Assembly: GCA_965203295.1 (NCBI GenBank)
Contig: CBDBCZ010000019.1
Span: 672,001-736,000, forward strand
Source: Nitrospirales bacterium
Lineage (GTDB): Bacteria > Nitrospirota > Nitrospiria > Nitrospirales > UBA8639
Reading direction: 5' to 3'
Length of the DNA stretch: 64,000 nt
Shown: positions 10,647-20,716 of the stretch, one piece after another
How the letters are laid out: each line of letters begins with the position of its first letter
How positions within the stretch are numbered: position 1 is the first letter of the stretch
Translations under genes and position numbers: made by a program
Notes under the pieces: model-generated
Told to the model about the DNA's origin: nothing
What the model saw: the letters and a program-made list of their open reading frames with translations, nothing else
Database searches by the model: none

Positions 10647-10958
10647 TTGCTTGTGGATCATGTGAAAGGCAGAGCAGCTGTGGATTATCGCAGAAAAGTG
10701 CGTGTGTTCAATCAGGTTCGGTTTCTGGTTTCGATACTGATCAAAGCATTAAGGAATTGGTGGGAACATTCGAAAGTGAAGTGCCTCAGGTGCAAAGGGA
10801 CCATGATGATCGAACGGCATTACACCCAGCTCAGTCGGCGGTTGTATGCACGGTGCTTGAATTGCGGATTTTGGTTTGATCTTGCTGATGTCCTCCGATT
10901 TTTCCACCGCGTTGTTGAAAATGGCTACCGCGGAGCCAAAATTCGCGAAACGCTGTAA
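10647..10958 (+). CDS. Small zinc-ribbon protein (CxxC...CxxC)
   Basis: KCLRCKG...RCLNCG. True start may be GTG 10776. Confidence 0.6.
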   Translation: MLVDHVKGRAAVDYRRKVRVFNQVRFLVSILIKALRNWWEHSKVKCLRCKGTMMIERHYTQLSRRLYARCLNCGFWFDLADVLRFFHRVVENGYRGAKIRETL

Positions 10959-11123
10959 GCTGAGCCTTAAAACCCCAGATAAGCCTACCTTCTGAGTGAT
11001 CGAAAAACTAATCTCTTTCCTTACAGCCTGTTAAGCACGTCTCACAGGGGGCTCCCTTTTTCGGCGAGACTCATCCGCCGTCGTCGCCTATTCGACTACG
11101 AAGGCCAGAAGCGAAGCCTCGAC

Positions 11124-11729
11124 CTAGGCGAGATCCTTAAGAGTCGCACGAATAAGGTCCGCAAGTGAGAGACTCCCCTGGCGTTTATGCACGTTATTTC
11201 TTACAGCCTCTTTGACCTCCAAGGGACGATATCCCAAATTCACCAGGGCTGAGACCGCGTCCTCCTCCAATTGGATTCTGGAATGTGTGGAGGGTGAAGG
11301 CTGAGAAGATTGATCAGGAATCATCAACGGAGCAATCTTGTCCTTCAATTCGAGCACAATCCGCCCTGCCGACTTTTTCCCAATTCCTGGAACCGTAGCG
11401 AGAGCTTGGGTGTCATTTGATTGAATGGCTGAAACCAGATCTTCAATGGGTAACGTTGAAAGGGTGCTTAATGCCAGCTTTCCCCCCAAACCGGGAATAC
11501 CAGTCAGCATGACGAAAACTTCTTTTTCCTGGAGAGTTAAAAACCCAAAGAGCTGAAGAGCATTGTCACGAAGGTGGGTAAAAATATGGAGAGAGAGAGA
11601 CTCTTGAAGGTTGGGCAGAGCAAAGTACGTATTGAGGGGTATGAATACCTCGTATCCGACACCATGCACATCAAGCACAACGTGAGAGGGCGCCTTTGAG
11701 ACCAATTGGCCCGTAAGCGCAGCAATCAT
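11124..11729 (-). CDS. ruvA: Holliday junction branch migration protein RuvA
   Basis: DVHGVGYEV, HhH motifs IPGLG and VPGIGKKSA, ALVNLGY. Confidence 0.96.
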   Translation of the reverse strand: MIAALTGQLVSKAPSHVVLDVHGVGYEVFIPLNTYFALPNLQESLSLHIFTHLRDNALQLFGFLTLQEKEVFVMLTGIPGLGGKLALSTLSTLPIEDLVSAIQSNDTQALATVPGIGKKSAGRIVLELKDKIAPLMIPDQSSQPSPSTHSRIQLEEDAVSALVNLGYRPLEVKEAVRNNVHKRQGSLSLADLIRATLKDLA

Positions 11730-11768
11730 GAGGTAAGAGAGGCAAGAATGGAAAAAGGGTTAAGAGGT

Positions 11769-12521
11769 CTATTCGGCAGCAGCCACTTTCTCCATGACCT
11801 CATCGGGGATATCAAAATTGGCATGGACTTTTTGGACATCGTCATGGTCATCAAGTATTTCCATGAGCTTTAACATTTGCTCAGCCGCTTTTTCCTCGAG
11901 CTTCACTTGATTCTGAGGGAGAAACGTGACTTCTGCAACAGAGGGTTGAATGTGAGCTTGTTGCAGAGCTTCTTTGACGCCTTCAAAGTCATGAGGATCC
12001 GTGGTCACTTCAAAAGAGGCATTATTTCCTTTGACATCATCAGCGCCAGCTTCTAGAGTCAGACTGAGTAACTGGTCTTCATTCACGTTATCGTCTTCAA
12101 TGACCAACAACCCTCTTTTTTGAAACTGCCAAGCGACCGCTCCTGCTTCAGCCATTGTTCCATGGTGTTTCCCTAATAAACTCCTAATTTCAGCGACTGT
12201 TCGATTCCGGTTGTCGGTTGTGATTTCAAGGAGTATAGCGGTGCCACCAGGGCCATAGCCTTCAAGTGTAAATTCTTCAAACTGAACGCCGGGCAGTTCT
12301 CCTGTCCCCCTTTGAATAGCCCGCTTAATGGTGTCAGCTGGCATATTGACTTCTTTGGCTTTAGAAATGGCGGTCCGAAGGGCGGGATTCCCGTCAGGAT
12401 CCCCTCCATGTCTTGCCGCAATGGTCATTTCTCGAATGATCTTGGTGAAGACCTTTCCTCGTTTGGCATCCTGACCGGCTTTATGCCTTTTAATCGTTGA
12501 CCAGTGACTATGACCGCCCAT
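11769..12521 (-). CDS. yebC: YebC/PmpR family protein
   Basis: MGGHSHWSTIKRHK, EGYGPGG, TDNRNRT, DDVQKVHAN. Confidence 0.96.
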   Translation of the reverse strand: MGGHSHWSTIKRHKAGQDAKRGKVFTKIIREMTIAARHGGDPDGNPALRTAISKAKEVNMPADTIKRAIQRGTGELPGVQFEEFTLEGYGPGGTAILLEITTDNRNRTVAEIRSLLGKHHGTMAEAGAVAWQFQKRGLLVIEDDNVNEDQLLSLTLEAGADDVKGNNASFEVTTDPHDFEGVKEALQQAHIQPSVAEVTFLPQNQVKLEEKAAEQMLKLMEILDDHDDVQKVHANFDIPDEVMEKVAAAE

Positions 12522-12743
12522 TTTGGTAAACCTGAGTAAGAAGTAGTTGGAAATTCAACTGATTGTGAGTTTAGAGAAATTGGATAATTTCTGTAGCATA
12601 CTGCCTATTTTGGTGTCAACGAATCACAGATTATTGGTACGTAGAAATACGGTGACTTCTCAATACGTGCAATGGGAAGTCTAGGTCGCAACTGAGAAAA
12701 TAGGGTAGTTGATTCGTATTAAGGAGGATGGTAAGGAACGTTC

Positions 12744-13697
12744 ATGCGTATTGTCTTTATGGGGACTCCTGACTTCGCAATCCCTTCCCTCAAGGCTTTA
12801 CTGGAGTCACCCTACGAAGTCGTGGGGGTCGTCTGCCAACCTGACAAGCCAAAAGGTCGAGGAAAAGTTTTGGCCTCTCCTCCGATCAAGGTTTTAGCCC
12901 TAGAAAGAGGTCTCCCTCTACTTCAACCTGAAAAAATGAAGGCACCTGGTGTTCTGGAAACTTTGAAACAGTGGGACCCTGACCTTATTGCGGTCACGGC
13001 CTTTGGACGAATTCTTCCAAAAGAGATCCTCGCTCTCCCTCGTTTTCGATGCGTGAATGTGCATGCCTCTTTACTCCCACGATACCGAGGGGCAGCTCCC
13101 ATTCAATGGGCGATCATCAATGGAGAGGAGGAAACGGGAATCACGATCATGCTGATGGATGAAGGAATGGACACAGGTCCAATTCTGGATCAAGAGAAAG
13201 TGCCTATTTTCCCTGAAGAAGTTGCAGGAGAACTTTCCGTCAGGTTGGCACAAATAGGTGGAAAATTACTGGTTGAGGCGATACAAGTCCTAGAGGATGG
13301 TCGTTTGGTGGCTCGTTCTCAACAAGAAGAAGAGGCCACACTGGCTCCTCTATTAAAAAAAGAAGAAGGGAATATTGATTGGACATTGAAAACCATGCAG
13401 GTTCTTAACCGCATACGAGGCCTTTCCCCCTGGCCAGGTACGTATAGCTATCTCAATGGAGAGCGAATAGCCATTTGGAAGGCTCGCATGTCGTCTCATG
13501 TGAAGGCTCAAGTCCAGGAAATATCCCAGCCTGGCACGATTGTCTCGGTTGATGGTGAAGAATGTGTGGTCAGAACTGGAGAGGGGGTATTGGGTATTAC
13601 TGAGGTCCAGCCAGCAAACAAAAAGCGTATGACGATTAGCCAATTTCTGATGGGACACAGGATTTCCCCGAACATAGTCTTTACAAGAGAGCCGTGA
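12744..13697 (+). CDS. fmt: Methionyl-tRNA formyltransferase
   Basis: MRIVFMGTPDFA, NVHASLLPRYRGAAPI, MDTG, SPWPG. Confidence 0.97.
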   Translation: MRIVFMGTPDFAIPSLKALLESPYEVVGVVCQPDKPKGRGKVLASPPIKVLALERGLPLLQPEKMKAPGVLETLKQWDPDLIAVTAFGRILPKEILALPRFRCVNVHASLLPRYRGAAPIQWAIINGEEETGITIMLMDEGMDTGPILDQEKVPIFPEEVAGELSVRLAQIGGKLLVEAIQVLEDGRLVARSQQEEEATLAPLLKKEEGNIDWTLKTMQVLNRIRGLSPWPGTYSYLNGERIAIWKARMSSHVKAQVQEISQPGTIVSVDGEECVVRTGEGVLGITEVQPANKKRMTISQFLMGHRISPNIVFTREP

Positions 13698-13744
13698 ATG
13701 GAATATTCGAGATCTGGCGAGTTCTTTATAAAAAGCAGCTCTTG

Positions 13745-14283
13745 AATACCCCCCAGCTTGCTGAGGGGAGGAAAAGAGCTAGCCCGCGAAGCGGGGTAAG
13801 CATGGTATTCTTTCATGCATGAGCCTCAAACGTACGCGGGGAGCCGTTTATGATCTCAAATATCATGTGGTCTGGGTGCCCAAGTATCGCCGGCTGGTAC
13901 TGAAGGGGCGAATAGCGACCCGGTTGAAGGAAATTTTTCTGGAGATTGCCGAGCGATATGGATTCGAGATCGATACCCAAGAGGTCATGGAGGATCATGT
14001 CCATATATTTCTCTCCGCTCCCCCGCGTTATAGTCCAGCCCAAGTGGCGCAGAGGTTGAAGAGCATATCGGCTCGGCTGATGTTTCAGGAGTTTCCTGAG
14101 GTGAAGCGCCAGTTGTGGGGCGGGGAATTGTGGAACGATGGATATTTTGTCCGCAGTGTGGGAGACAAATTGACCGGGGAGGTGATTCGTCAGTACATCA
14201 AGCATCAACATGATCCCAAACAACTTGAGTTAGATCTTTGAATCTTTAATACCTCCCAGCTTGCTGGGGGGTTCTTTACTCAA
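13745..14283 (+). mobile_element. IS200/IS605-family element, tnpA only
   Basis: Y1 transposase flanked by near-identical subterminal hairpins AATACCCCCCAGCTTGCTGAGGGG (about 13745-13768) and AATACCTCCCAGCTTGCTGGGGGG (about 14248-14271). Ends approximate. Confidence 0.88.
13819..14241 (+). CDS. tnpA: IS200-like HUH (Y1) transposase
   Basis: YHVVWVPKYR, DHVH (HUH), LWNDGYF, YIKHQ. Confidence 0.95.
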   Translation: MSLKRTRGAVYDLKYHVVWVPKYRRLVLKGRIATRLKEIFLEIAERYGFEIDTQEVMEDHVHIFLSAPPRYSPAQVAQRLKSISARLMFQEFPEVKRQLWGGELWNDGYFVRSVGDKLTGEVIRQYIKHQHDPKQLELDL

Positions 14284-14308
14284 GTCGATAAGGAAGGAAA
14301 GGGTATGT

Positions 14309-14653
14309 ATGACTGAGCAAGAAAAAGTAGCCTTGGAATTTCTCAGCCAACGTCTCAAGGAATTGGAATTGATCCAATCTCAGGCCCATAAAGCCGTCAA
14401 TGCCGTGTTGGCGAAGGAACAATTTCAAAAGTGGAAGAAACATACCCTTATGATCTTGTCGGAAAAGGTAGGACTAGTCTACGCGGAAGATCTGTCCAAG
14501 GATTGGGTTGAGGGAAACTTTGCCGGAGGTGACATGTACGACGAATTAGCGGATGACATTGAGATGTGTCTCCGGCATCTCAGAAAACTTGAGAAAGATA
14601 TTGAAACTAAGGGGTTGAGAACTGATGGACAAGTTGGCGATCAACCGGTATAA
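14309..14653 (+). CDS. Hypothetical protein
   Basis: ORF 14261-14653. ATG 14309 (MTEQEK) chosen because upstream codons lie in the IS end. Confidence 0.7.
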   Translation: MTEQEKVALEFLSQRLKELELIQSQAHKAVNAVLAKEQFQKWKKHTLMILSEKVGLVYAEDLSKDWVEGNFAGGDMYDELADDIEMCLRHLRKLEKDIETKGLRTDGQVGDQPV

Positions 14654-14678
14654 GAAAAATTAGGGCCGTACATAAATT

Positions 14679-15524
14679 ATGAAGGTTCCCGCTGATGTGA
14701 AACCCAAGAAACGTTTGGGGCAGCATTTTCTTATCGACCCTAATATTGCCAGAAAAATTCTTGCGACTGCCCAATTAGAACCTCACCACACTGTTTTGGA
14801 AATCGGTCCAGGGTGTGGAGCCTTGACAGAAGCTCTGTGCGAATCCGTGTCCCGAGTCATCGCGCTGGAAATCGACAAGGATTTAGCTGAGTCTCTCAAG
14901 CAAACCCTCAACAGATTCTCCAATTTGGAAATACACAGAACGGATGCCCTCCAATTTCCCTATGTGACCCTTCCGAAGGGCACCGTGGTGGTGGCCAATC
15001 TTCCCTATAATGTTTCGACTCCTCTGCTGTTTCAATTATTGAAGGCCAGAGCGTATTTCCAACGTATGGTTCTCATGTTGCAGTATGAGGTGGCGCAACG
15101 GATCGTGGCTAAACCTGGCACTCGGGATTATGGAGCCTTATCGGTCATTGCTCAGTGTTTTTCCAAGCCCCAAAAGTTGTTTGCCATTGCGCCAACCTGT
15201 TTTCGTCCTCGTCCCAAGGTGGAATCTGCGGTCGTTCGGTTTGATTTTTTGGATAATCCTTCCTGCCACCCGCTGGATGAGACCGCATTCATTCGGATTG
15301 TGAGAGGCGCATTTGCTCATCGACGAAAAACGCTCGTCAACTCATTTCGTGATGAGAGATACTCTTCCTCAGATATCAAGGATATGTTTGGAAAGACAGA
15401 CATCAGTATGGTGCGAAGGGCCGAGACGTTGTCGGTAGACGAATTCGTTGCCCTTGCAAAGGCTTTCACCATATTGGTCGAAGGATCATCACAATCTGTT
15501 TCGAGCCGTTCTCACACAATGTAG
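14679..15524 (+). CDS. rsmA: 16S rRNA adenine dimethyltransferase
   Basis: LGQHFL, EIGPG, ANLPYN, QYEVAQR, RRKTL, RRAETL. Confidence 0.96.
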   Translation: MKVPADVKPKKRLGQHFLIDPNIARKILATAQLEPHHTVLEIGPGCGALTEALCESVSRVIALEIDKDLAESLKQTLNRFSNLEIHRTDALQFPYVTLPKGTVVVANLPYNVSTPLLFQLLKARAYFQRMVLMLQYEVAQRIVAKPGTRDYGALSVIAQCFSKPQKLFAIAPTCFRPRPKVESAVVRFDFLDNPSCHPLDETAFIRIVRGAFAHRRKTLVNSFRDERYSSSDIKDMFGKTDISMVRRAETLSVDEFVALAKAFTILVEGSSQSVSSRSHTM

Positions 15525-15561
15525 ATTGATAAATAGCAACCCTCATGTTAGGATTTACCCT

Positions 15562-17988
15562 ATGAGTATCTTCCCTAGGGTACCCTCAAAAGTTTCAAAG
15601 CCTATCAAGAGCTCTCCACCACAGTTCAAGGATGAAATTGCAGGAATTCTCTTTGTCGTCGCAGGGTTCTTAATCTTTTTGAGCATCTGGTCGTATTCTC
15701 CAACCGATCGGCTCATCTTCGATTCGATGGAGGATGCCAATCGTCAGGCATCATCTCCTCAAAGTAACCTCATTGGTTCTGTTGGAGCGACCATAGCATT
15801 TGGATTGTTTTGGTTGTGTGGAGGAGCTGCCTATGCTGTCCCCCTCTTGATTGTGTTTCAAGGGGTCAGGGCTTTTGCGCAAGAGGGGTGGAGGTCAAAC
15901 CTTCGATGTCTTGTGGGTTCTATTTTGGCGGTCTTCTTTCTCAGTGCGTTGATTTATCTATTATCACCTGTGCCTGACGTCAAAGGTGAATCGTCGACAG
16001 TTGCTGGTGGGATTGCAGGTCAGACCTTAGCTCTCGCCCTTGTGGAGTATTTTGCCCATGCTGGGAGCCTGATTTTACTAGCAACCGGGCTGTTAGTTTC
16101 CCTTATTTTCATTAAACCGTTTTCATTAGTCTCAACCGCGCAACAGGCCTCCGGCATTTGGTCAGTCTTCGTCGGATTATTCGTCGGATTAAAAAAAATC
16201 TTCTCATTCATTCCATTCCCGAATGGGGAGAATGTGGGGAGATTGAAAGCCAATAAACCGGTAAAGATCAACCGGAGTCTAACGACACGAGGTGGCACGT
16301 CTTCCTATTCACTCAAACAGGAATCGAAGGAAGAAGAATTTAGAGATGAGCCAGTCGAAACCAAGGAAGCTGTTTCCTCTAAATCTTCCTCTCAAGAGAA
16401 AAACGAAGAAGTGTCTTCTCTGGATTTTCACCGCAAGGTGTCCCAAGGATATCGTCTTCCTAACCCAGTCGACCTCTTGGAACTTCCGCCTCTTTCCAAT
16501 AATCGCCAAACGGACAAGATTTTAGAAACGCAATCGCAAGTTCTCACGGGAGCCTTACAAAGTTTCGGAATCGGAGGCAAGGTCACTGAGATCCACCCTG
16601 GACCGGTCATCACGATGTATGAATTCGAACCGAATCCAGGTATCAAGGTCGCTCGCATTGTGACCCTCGCTCATGATTTAGCGATGGCTCTCAAAGCCAC
16701 CAGCGTGCGAATTGTGGCACCCCTCCCCGGGAAATCAACTGTTGGCGTTGAAGTGCCGAATCCCATACATGAAACCGTGGCTCTACGTGAGATCCTCACC
16801 AGTGATGTCTTTGTCAGGTCCCGATCGAAACTGGCTCTCGCATTAGGAAAAGATATATTTGGAAGACCTATGGTGACCGATCTGAAAACCATGCCTCATC
16901 TGTTGGTCGCTGGTGCAACAGGTACGGGAAAAAGTGTCGGGCTCAATAGTATGCTGCTGTCGATTTTATTTTCGACACATCCTGATGAAGTCAAACTTCT
17001 CTTGATCGATCCTAAAGTCCTGGAACTTCAGGTCTATGACGGCATTCCTCATCTCCTTCGACCGGTGATTACAAACCCCAAAGCCGCCTCGCGCGGGTTA
17101 ACCTGGGTCGTCCAAGAAATGGAACGTCGCTATCGGCTCTTGGCCGAGCACGGCGTGCGCCATATTCAAGCATTTAACGTCAAGATGGCAAAATTGGCAG
17201 AACAGAGAGGCAATGGGACGGTGCCGGAAGCGCCGGTCCAGCTTTCCCTATCTCTGGAGGGAACGGATGATGGAGATGCCTTAGATTCAGGAGAATCCAC
17301 CATACCTGTTCAGGAGACCGCTCCCTTAGAGCCCTTATCGTATATTGTGGTTGTGGTGGATGAATTTGCGGACTTGATGATGGTCGGACCAAAGGAAGTT
17401 GAAGAGAAGATTGCTCGCTTAGCTCAAATGGCCAGAGCGTCCGGTATTCATCTTATTTTAGCCACTCAACGGCCTTCTGTAGACGTGGTTACCGGGTTGA
17501 TCAAGGCGAATTTCCCCGCTCGGATTGCCTATCAAGTCTCCTCGAAAATCGACTCGAGAACGATCCTCGACGCGAACGGGGCGGAAGCATTACTCGGGTT
17601 GGGAGATATGTTGTATATGGCTTCAGGAACTGGTCGAATCGTTCGCATGCACGGTTCCTATGTCTCGGATGAAGATGTGCGTCGGGTGGTGGAATGGGTA
17701 AAAGCTCAAGCGGGTCCAGCTTATTCGGAGGATTCAGCGATTTCAGATCTGACACCTTCGGAACCAGATGAAGAAAAGGATGAAGTGTACGAGCAGGCCA
17801 AAGAAATTGTTTTATCTACTGGTCAAGCCTCGGCTTCCCTAATCCAACGACGCCTCCGAGTGGGGTATCCTCGGGCAGCAAGGATGATTGAACAAATGGA
17901 AGAGGACGGGCTCGTGAGCGCACAAGGACGAGATGGAAGACGAGAGGTGGTTGGGCGTCGTATGGTTATTGGTGAGGAGGTAGGATGA
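15562..17988 (+). CDS. ftsK: DNA translocase FtsK
   Basis: 4TM N-terminus, AGATGTGKS, VVDEFADLM, ATQRPSVDV, gamma domain ASLIQRRLRVGYPRAAR. Confidence 0.97.
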   Translation: MSIFPRVPSKVSKPIKSSPPQFKDEIAGILFVVAGFLIFLSIWSYSPTDRLIFDSMEDANRQASSPQSNLIGSVGATIAFGLFWLCGGAAYAVPLLIVFQGVRAFAQEGWRSNLRCLVGSILAVFFLSALIYLLSPVPDVKGESSTVAGGIAGQTLALALVEYFAHAGSLILLATGLLVSLIFIKPFSLVSTAQQASGIWSVFVGLFVGLKKIFSFIPFPNGENVGRLKANKPVKINRSLTTRGGTSSYSLKQESKEEEFRDEPVETKEAVSSKSSSQEKNEEVSSLDFHRKVSQGYRLPNPVDLLELPPLSNNRQTDKILETQSQVLTGALQSFGIGGKVTEIHPGPVITMYEFEPNPGIKVARIVTLAHDLAMALKATSVRIVAPLPGKSTVGVEVPNPIHETVALREILTSDVFVRSRSKLALALGKDIFGRPMVTDLKTMPHLLVAGATGTGKSVGLNSMLLSILFSTHPDEVKLLLIDPKVLELQVYDGIPHLLRPVITNPKAASRGLTWVVQEMERRYRLLAEHGVRHIQAFNVKMAKLAEQRGNGTVPEAPVQLSLSLEGTDDGDALDSGESTIPVQETAPLEPLSYIVVVVDEFADLMMVGPKEVEEKIARLAQMARASGIHLILATQRPSVDVVTGLIKANFPARIAYQVSSKIDSRTILDANGAEALLGLGDMLYMASGTGRIVRMHGSYVSDEDVRRVVEWVKAQAGPAYSEDSAISDLTPSEPDEEKDEVYEQAKEIVLSTGQASASLIQRRLRVGYPRAARMIEQMEEDGLVSAQGRDGRREVVGRRMVIGEEVG

Positions 17989-18674
17989 GGAGGTTCCTGA
18001 GCCTTGTGCTTTTATGTGCTTGGCTGCTCCCTCTCTCTGCTGTTGGAGGAGGAGGGTTGAAGCAAGCCATTAATACGTTAGTCGATCAGGTCGATGCGCG
18101 ATACAACACCATTCATGACCTGCAGGCCGATTTCACACAAGAAACCAAGGTTGAAGGATTTGAGACTCCGCTGACTTCATCAGGTAAGGTATTCCTAAAA
18201 AAGCCAGGGCTATTGAGATGGGAATACGTTGACCCATCGGTTGAACAGATTTTTGTCCATGGGGATAACGTGCAGATCTTTGTCCCCGAGCATAATCAGG
18301 TGATTCAGGGAAACCTGACCCAAATGGTGGCAACCAAAGCTCCTCTCCAATTGCTTCAAGGAGCAGGGAAGTTGGCTGAAGAGTTTATTGTCACACCTAC
18401 TGAAAAAGGAGAACAAGGGGAAGGGGGCTTGCCTCTTCTTATGTTGGTTCCTCGGCAGAAAGGGCAAGGAGAATCGTCATCCATCACGCATATTGTGTCT
18501 GAAATCGAGCCAAAAACCCATCTGATAAAGTCCATTTCTCTTCATGAGGTCAGTGGAAATATTTCAACGTTTCACTTTGCAAATATGAGAACCAACAAGA
18601 ATTTGTCCGATAGTGTCTTTGAACTAGATTTGCCCGAGGGGGTTGTGATCGTTGAGGATGTTTTTCCGCAATGA
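17985..18674 (+). CDS. lolA: Outer-membrane lipoprotein carrier LolA
   Basis: Signal peptide, ADFTQ, KKPGLLRWEY; ATGA overlap with ftsK. Confidence 0.88.
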   Translation: MRRFLSLVLLCAWLLPLSAVGGGGLKQAINTLVDQVDARYNTIHDLQADFTQETKVEGFETPLTSSGKVFLKKPGLLRWEYVDPSVEQIFVHGDNVQIFVPEHNQVIQGNLTQMVATKAPLQLLQGAGKLAEEFIVTPTEKGEQGEGGLPLLMLVPRQKGQGESSSITHIVSEIEPKTHLIKSISLHEVSGNISTFHFANMRTNKNLSDSVFELDLPEGVVIVEDVFPQ

Positions 18675-18759
18675 TAAAAAAGATGTCAAGGTAGGTTTAA
18701 CAAAAGCCTTTCATCGGCTTGCGTAGGGGCGTATGCTCTTGATTCCCCTGTGGCTTCTT

Positions 18760-18821
18760 TAGCAGGATGTTCAAAAAGGCCCGAGAAAACGCCGCTGGCC
18801 GACTTTATCAACATCCTGTTA
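18760..18821. repeat. Short intergenic inverted-repeat element (MITE/REP-like), copy A
   Basis: TAGCAGGATGTTCAAAAA ... TTTATCAACATCCTGTTA; shares its core with copies at 20387 and 42901. Confidence 0.7.
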
Positions 18822-19060
18822 GGGATGATCTTGATCATTCACGTCCTTGGTTAATCCTACTCTACCGGATCCTCTCTATTCCTCATTCAACCCCAGAAAG
18901 GGTTGCTTCATTGCTCAGCAAGAGTCGGAGATCCAGCCCTGTTTTGAAAACGAAATGAAGAAAAAGTATGGGTGACCTTGAAGGTATGTCCCACTTGTTC
19001 TCTATCCATGGTAAGGTTTTTATGAAGATTCTTCCTAGGAAGATTGCGAAAGAAGGGTGT

Positions 19061-19597
19061 ATGCAGACAAATAGCCGGTCACGACTTTTACTTCTGATCG
19101 TGGCATCTCTTCTTTTGGGATTAACAGGAGACCTCACTCATGATCCCGTCAAAGTCGTTGAAAAGTATCTTTCTTTGGACAAACGTGGAGCGCGTTTAGA
19201 GGCAGTATCGTATGAAGTCCTCAAGCCGTATGTGGCTTGGGAGGAAGAACTAGTTTGGGAAAAAATCGTCGTGATCACGGATTATCAAGTGTCACAAGAT
19301 ATATCACAATGGACTGTCTTAAATTCATTAGAATCCCTGATTCCAGTCACCTTCACAGTGATTGGTACGATGGATTGGGAAACAGCCACGTTTCGACCAG
19401 AGCCTCGAACCGAAGAGATGTCCGTTCATATCCAAGCCGTGAAAAATAGGTGGCGAATTGTTGATCCCATATATTCTCCTCATGTTAGCAAGAAACGGTT
19501 GATCAATTTCGTGCGTGAAGCGTTGTTGAACGAAATCGATGGACAGCGTAAAGAGGGCCTCAAACAACTGAGACATGCTTTAGAAAAGGCTGGGTGA
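19061..19597 (+). CDS. Hypothetical exported protein
   Basis: Signal-like hydrophobic N-terminus; stop overlaps the next start. Confidence 0.7.
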   Translation: MQTNSRSRLLLLIVASLLLGLTGDLTHDPVKVVEKYLSLDKRGARLEAVSYEVLKPYVAWEEELVWEKIVVITDYQVSQDISQWTVLNSLESLIPVTFTVIGTMDWETATFRPEPRTEEMSVHIQAVKNRWRIVDPIYSPHVSKKRLINFVREALLNEIDGQRKEGLKQLRHALEKAG

Positions 19598-20286
19598 TGC
19601 GGCAGAATTACCGACCATTTGATTGCGATTTGTTAATTTTTGATTTTGATGGAACCCTCATCGATTCAAAACATGATATCGCCACAGCTGTCAACTTAAC
19701 GCTGAAAGACCTTGCTCTCCCTCTTCGAACGCCTGAAGAAATCTTTACCTTTGTTGGAGATGGAGTCAAACGATTACTTCGGCTGTCTGTCGGAGAAGAC
19801 AACCTTGATCAATATGAAGAGGCCCTGAGAATCTTCCGTCAACATTATCTGGCCCATTGTTTGGATTCCACTCAGTTCTATCCTGGGATTGATGAGGTTT
19901 TTGAACACTTTCGTTCTTTGGTTAAAGCCATTGCCACAAACAAATCGTTGGAATATACCTTAAGAATTGTGGAAGGTCTGGGAGTTCGAGAGCAATTTGC
20001 TGCGATTGAGAGTCCCATGGATTCCGCGGAATTGAAGCCTGATCCAGGAATGCTGCTCCGAATACTCTCAACTCTCAATATTTCACCAGATCGAGCTGTG
20101 TTAGTGGGGGATAGTACGAATGATGTCAGGGCTGCAAAAGCCGCAGGAATCAAATCTTGTGCTGTGGGGTATGGCTATGGTGATCGGGGAAAAGTGGCGG
20201 CACTTGAACCGGACTTTTTCTGCGAAAAGCCACAGGAGCTCATACCCATGTTTACCATAAAACCCTCTTTGGCAAATTCAGAGTAA
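19597..20286 (+). CDS. gph: HAD-family hydrolase, phosphoglycolate phosphatase-like
   Basis: FDFDGTLIDS, ATNK, KPDP, VGDSTND. Confidence 0.85.
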   Translation: MRQNYRPFDCDLLIFDFDGTLIDSKHDIATAVNLTLKDLALPLRTPEEIFTFVGDGVKRLLRLSVGEDNLDQYEEALRIFRQHYLAHCLDSTQFYPGIDEVFEHFRSLVKAIATNKSLEYTLRIVEGLGVREQFAAIESPMDSAELKPDPGMLLRILSTLNISPDRAVLVGDSTNDVRAAKAAGIKSCAVGYGYGDRGKVAALEPDFFCEKPQELIPMFTIKPSLANSE

Positions 20287-20386
20287 CTTCAAAGACTCTC
20301 ATCATACACTTCCTTTCTGAGACTGTTGAACAATTCATTTTTCTTATGGCTCGTCTCATCTCACTCCACCGACACCCCAGAGCCAC

Positions 20387-20511
20387 AGGAGGTTGTTCAA
20401 AAAGGCTCGTCCAGCAAGGCCGCAGGCTTTTGGGCGCGCGGAGCGTACACGTAGTAGGTGAGCACGACAAAGAGCCGAGAACGCCGCTGGCGGCCTTTTT
20501 CAACAGTCCCT
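20387..20511. repeat. Intergenic inverted-repeat element, copy B (longest)
   Basis: GTTGTTCAAAAAGGC ... GAGAACGCCGCTGGCGGCCTTTTTCAACAG; GC-rich interior. Confidence 0.75.
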
Positions 20512-20716
20512 TTCTCTAAATTCTTAAAAAGCACAGAGAGATCATTCTCAAGAATCCCTCTGCTATGACGGGATGCCTTTCTCCCAATTTAGTTGACATG
20601 GGGTGTAATATGTAGAGTAACGAAAGGACTCTATTTCAGAGGGCATTGTGTATAGAAGGGAATAAAGGGAAAGCTTGGAGAAGCCAAGTATTCTGACCTA
20701 GAGAAAGGAGAAAGGG

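Noticed and set aside
14242..14653. tnpB/omegaRNA module after the IS200 tnpA
   Set aside because: The right-end hairpin follows tnpA immediately; the next ORF has no RuvC or Zn-finger motifs.
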